Source of the DNA: Clostridia bacterium
GTDB taxonomy: Bacteria; Bacillota; Peptococcia; Peptococcales; BICA1-8
Length of the DNA stretch: 64,000 nucleotides
Direction of reading: 5' to 3'
Assembly: GCA_012720075.1 (NCBI GenBank)
Contig: JAAXZE010000068.1
Span: 274 to 64,273 of the forward strand
Part shown: positions 61,459 to 64,000 of the stretch, one piece after another
How positions within the stretch are numbered: the first letter of the stretch is position 1
Layout: the number at the start of each line of letters is the position of its first letter
Program-made: the position numbers and the translations under genes
The notes under the pieces: model-generated
The model's database searches: none
Told to the model about the DNA's origin: nothing
Seen by the model: the letters and a program-made list of their open reading frames with translations, nothing else

Positions 61459-63120
61459 TTGGTTGAATTAGCAATTATATACAGAAAAATAACCTGGAAT
61501 TCCATATATGCCGAGGTGTTTTATTTGAAAATTTTGTTTAGCCTTTACTTGATTCTGGCGGTTATATTAACTCAGTTTTTAGCGGCCTATTGCTTTTCAA
61601 AGGGAAGAAATAGCTACCGAAGGACTTTTTCTGCCTTGGTTTTATGTATCAGTGTATATTTGATTGGTTATATAATGATCATCAATAGCAGCAATTTACA
61701 AGAAATGATTTTTTGGAATCAATTCCAATATCTGGGATTGCCCTTCGTTTCCGTACTATGGCTTCTGGTGGCTCTCTTACATACTAAAACCATTAATAAA
61801 GTACGAAGCCGGACGGTCATTTTACTTTTTATTGTCCCTGTAATTACTTTTTTTATTCGAATTACCAATTCTTGGCACCATCTTTTCTATAAAGATTGGG
61901 AAATAAGGCAGTTCTTTGGATATTATGATTTATATATGGAGAGAGGTATTTGGTACTATGTTCATATCTCATTTGTTATTCTGTTTTTGCTTCTGACTAT
62001 GATCATTTATTTTTTAGCATACCTAAAGCATAAGGACCGATATACCAAATTCCACTTTTTAATTTTCTCCTTTGCTTCTTTACTGCCTCTGGCAGGGGTA
62101 CTGCTGTTAATTTTAAATTCCCGGGAGCGAAGCATAGACTATGCGGCTTTAATAATGCCTATTTCCCTATTTATTATTAGTTTTGGCATTTTTAAATATG
62201 ATTTTTTGGAAATGAGGACTTTGGCTCGGGAGACAATCTTTGAGAATAACTTGGTTGGTATGATAATATTGGGACCGGGCTATAGAATAATAGATTACAA
62301 CAACGCTGCCAAAAAGTTTTTTAGAAAACTAAATATTTCATTGGATAATTCCACCATTGATCATATTCTTAAGGAAGAACCGGAATTATTGGAAACTTTC
62401 AAAAGTGAGACAACCAAGGATATTTCTATAGTAATCGATGGGGAAGAGCGTTTTTTTGAGATCGATGCAGTTGCCTTGGGAGATATCCAGGTCGGAAGTA
62501 CGAAAATGCTTAAAACCATCCGTGATGTCACCGATGAAAAAAAGGTTCAGAAAAGATTGGAAGTTTTAGCGACCATCGATTCTCTAAGCGGTCTCTATAA
62601 TCGGGCAGAATTTATGAATTTGGCTCAAAGGGCGTTTGTTTCTGCCAAAAAACAAAATGGAGAACTAGCATTGTTAATGATGGACTTAGATCAATTTAAA
62701 AAAATCAATGATACTTTTGGACATGCCGCCGGAGATGAAGTGATCCGTGAAATGGGACGCATAATAATGAACGGTTTCCGAAAAACCGATGTTGCCGGTC
62801 GTGTAGGCGGAGAAGAATTTGCTGTGGTTTTAAAGAATACTTCGTTAAAAGAAGCGCACAAGAAAGCGGAAAAGATTCGGAAAACTGTGGCGGGGAAAAA
62901 GGTGGTTTATGACGGGCAGGAGATTAGTTTTACAATTAGCATTGGAGTGGCGGCAATCTGTGGAGATACCGATAACATTAAGGGCATTGAAGATATCTTA
63001 AAGAAGGCTGATGAGGCTCTGTACATGGCAAAAGCCAAAGGGAGAAATCGTGTTGTAAGTTTTGGGTCCGTAAAGGAAGAGAAAACAGTTCCAACCCAGT
63101 TAGGTCAAAATACCAATTAG
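61459..63120 (+). CDS. membrane-anchored PAS-like/GGDEF diguanylate cyclase
   Basis: ~7 TM N-terminal domain. The C-terminal DSLSGLYNR...DLDQFKKINDTFGHAAGD...RVGGEEFAV is a GGEEF active site. The start may be TTG 61525. Confidence 0.85.
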   Translation: MVELAIIYRKITWNSIYAEVFYLKILFSLYLILAVILTQFLAAYCFSKGRNSYRRTFSALVLCISVYLIGYIMIINSSNLQEMIFWNQFQYLGLPFVSVLWLLVALLHTKTINKVRSRTVILLFIVPVITFFIRITNSWHHLFYKDWEIRQFFGYYDLYMERGIWYYVHISFVILFLLLTMIIYFLAYLKHKDRYTKFHFLIFSFASLLPLAGVLLLILNSRERSIDYAALIMPISLFIISFGIFKYDFLEMRTLARETIFENNLVGMIILGPGYRIIDYNNAAKKFFRKLNISLDNSTIDHILKEEPELLETFKSETTKDISIVIDGEERFFEIDAVALGDIQVGSTKMLKTIRDVTDEKKVQKRLEVLATIDSLSGLYNRAEFMNLAQRAFVSAKKQNGELALLMMDLDQFKKINDTFGHAAGDEVIREMGRIIMNGFRKTDVAGRVGGEEFAVVLKNTSLKEAHKKAEKIRKTVAGKKVVYDGQEISFTISIGVAAICGDTDNIKGIEDILKKADEALYMAKAKGRNRVVSFGSVKEEKTVPTQLGQNTN

Positions 63121-63297
63121 CTGTAGTCTTTACTCTTTATTATTTTTAATTTCCAGCGTAAAATTCATTTAAGAGTTTTGCTTATTTTGTTTAATTGTTA
63201 AGGAACTGAAAAAATAAGTTTCTTTTCTAAGGAGGAGTCGGAAGAAACCTATAGAATATTTTTAATAAATAGAATTTATTAAATATTTGGGGGAATT

Positions 63298-64000
63298 ATG
63301 GATACTAATCCTGTGGACCTTAACCTTTACACAAAAAAAGTAGAGGTAAATAATCTTCGTCCCGGCGATATCCTGGCCCATGATATCTATTTGAGAAACG
63401 GCCTCTTGGTAATAAAAGGCGGCACAGAATTAACGGAAAAACAGATAATGAAGCTGCAAAAGTTGAGAAGCATGGTAGTTACCCTGGATTTAACCAAGGT
63501 TTATATGAAAGCTACCGCTGCCTGCCGAGTCTTGATGCTTAAAGCTGCCAAAGGACAGACCGTAGAAAGGGAAGAAGTTTTTGAAGTGGTTGATCCTTTT
63601 ATCAAAGAGGCTAACCGGGAAAAAAATGCCGCTCGCTTACTCTTGCAGCTGCAATCCCAGGATGAGTATACTTTTCAGCATACGGTGAATATCGGCATTA
63701 TTGCCCGGTTTATTGGCCGATGGCTGGGCTATGGTCCAACGGAATTGGATGAAATTACTCTGGCTGGGACCTTGCATGATATAGGAAAATCCCAGATACC
63801 CTTAAGGATTCTAAATAAACCCGCCAGTTTAACGGATTATGAATATGAAGTTATCAAAAAACATACTCGGCGGGGTTATGAAATCCTAAAAGTATCGGGC
63901 GGGTATTCGGAAGGCGTAATGCTGGCCGTTTTACAACATCATGAGCGGATTGACGGCAGGGGATACCCCTTGGGATTAAAGGGTAAGCAAATCCATCCTT
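63298..64000 (+). CDS. HD-GYP-domain c-di-GMP phosphodiesterase-type protein (3' end outside window)
   Basis: Hand translation gives ...HTVNIGIIA...LAGTLHDIGK...HHERIDGRGYP. Absent from the ORF track because there is no stop codon inside the window. Confidence 0.8.
   Translation, partial: MDTNPVDLNLYTKKVEVNNLRPGDILAHDIYLRNGLLVIKGGTELTEKQIMKLQKLRSMVVTLDLTKVYMKATAACRVLMLKAAKGQTVEREEVFEVVDPFIKEANREKNAARLLLQLQSQDEYTFQHTVNIGIIARFIGRWLGYGPTELDEITLAGTLHDIGKSQIPLRILNKPASLTDYEYEVIKKHTRRGYEILKVSGGYSEGVMLAVLQHHERIDGRGYPLGLKGKQIHP

Overview
This window looks like a low-GC Firmicute chromosome, probably from a Clostridia-type anaerobe. That placement is inferred from gene content, strong GGAGG-type ribosome-binding sites (RBS) and an SLH-domain lysin. 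Positions 1 to about 35,100 are the right-hand ~35 kb of a temperate myovirus-type prophage. Its integrase/repressor end lies outside the window. In order, the prophage carries: a mosaic early region of tiny ORFs; YqaJ/RecT recombination genes; a replication module (initiator-like protein plus G39P-like loader); RusA; a RinA-like late regulator; YopX; an opposite-strand moron locus plus an Ltp-like exclusion protein; a candidate cos site; a lambda-type packaging/head module (Nu1-like TerS, GpA TerL, gpW-like, portal, ClpP-like protease, decoration protein, gpE-type capsid); a PBSX/P2-type contractile tail (sheath, tube, chaperone with a visible T-TTT-TTG -1 frameshift, tape measure, LysM, gpD/V/U/W/J/I-like proteins, fibers); and a lysis cassette (holin-like genes, amidase with SLH domain). 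The host part follows: tRNA-Cys; ZTP-riboswitch-controlled pflBA; housekeeping genes (EEP nuclease, 3-hydroxyacyl-CoA dehydrogenase, YebC, YhaM-like, GloA, TtcA-like); a TPP-riboswitch thi salvage operon; a VanY-like peptidase; two tandemly duplicated permease genes; an RraA-like gene; a CadA/CadC-like pair; nrfHA; and a GGDEF and an HD-GYP protein. No CRISPR array, rRNA, transposase or known multi-gene defence system was recognised. The observations I rate most worth follow-up are: (1) two families of repeated gene-junction cassettes and a repeated SD/anti-SD leader in the phage early region; (2) an ~80-bp diverged direct repeat of the tRNA-Cys 3' end plus terminator that brackets pflBA; (3) phage morons (DUF2188-like/Zn-ribbon/59-aa ORF/Ltp-like, and an antisense membrane protein inside the tail module); (4) an orphan promoter-terminator unit that may be a small RNA; (5) a palindrome-rich spacer and inverted repeats inside the thi operon. 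All functional calls rest on by-eye motif recognition, with no database search.
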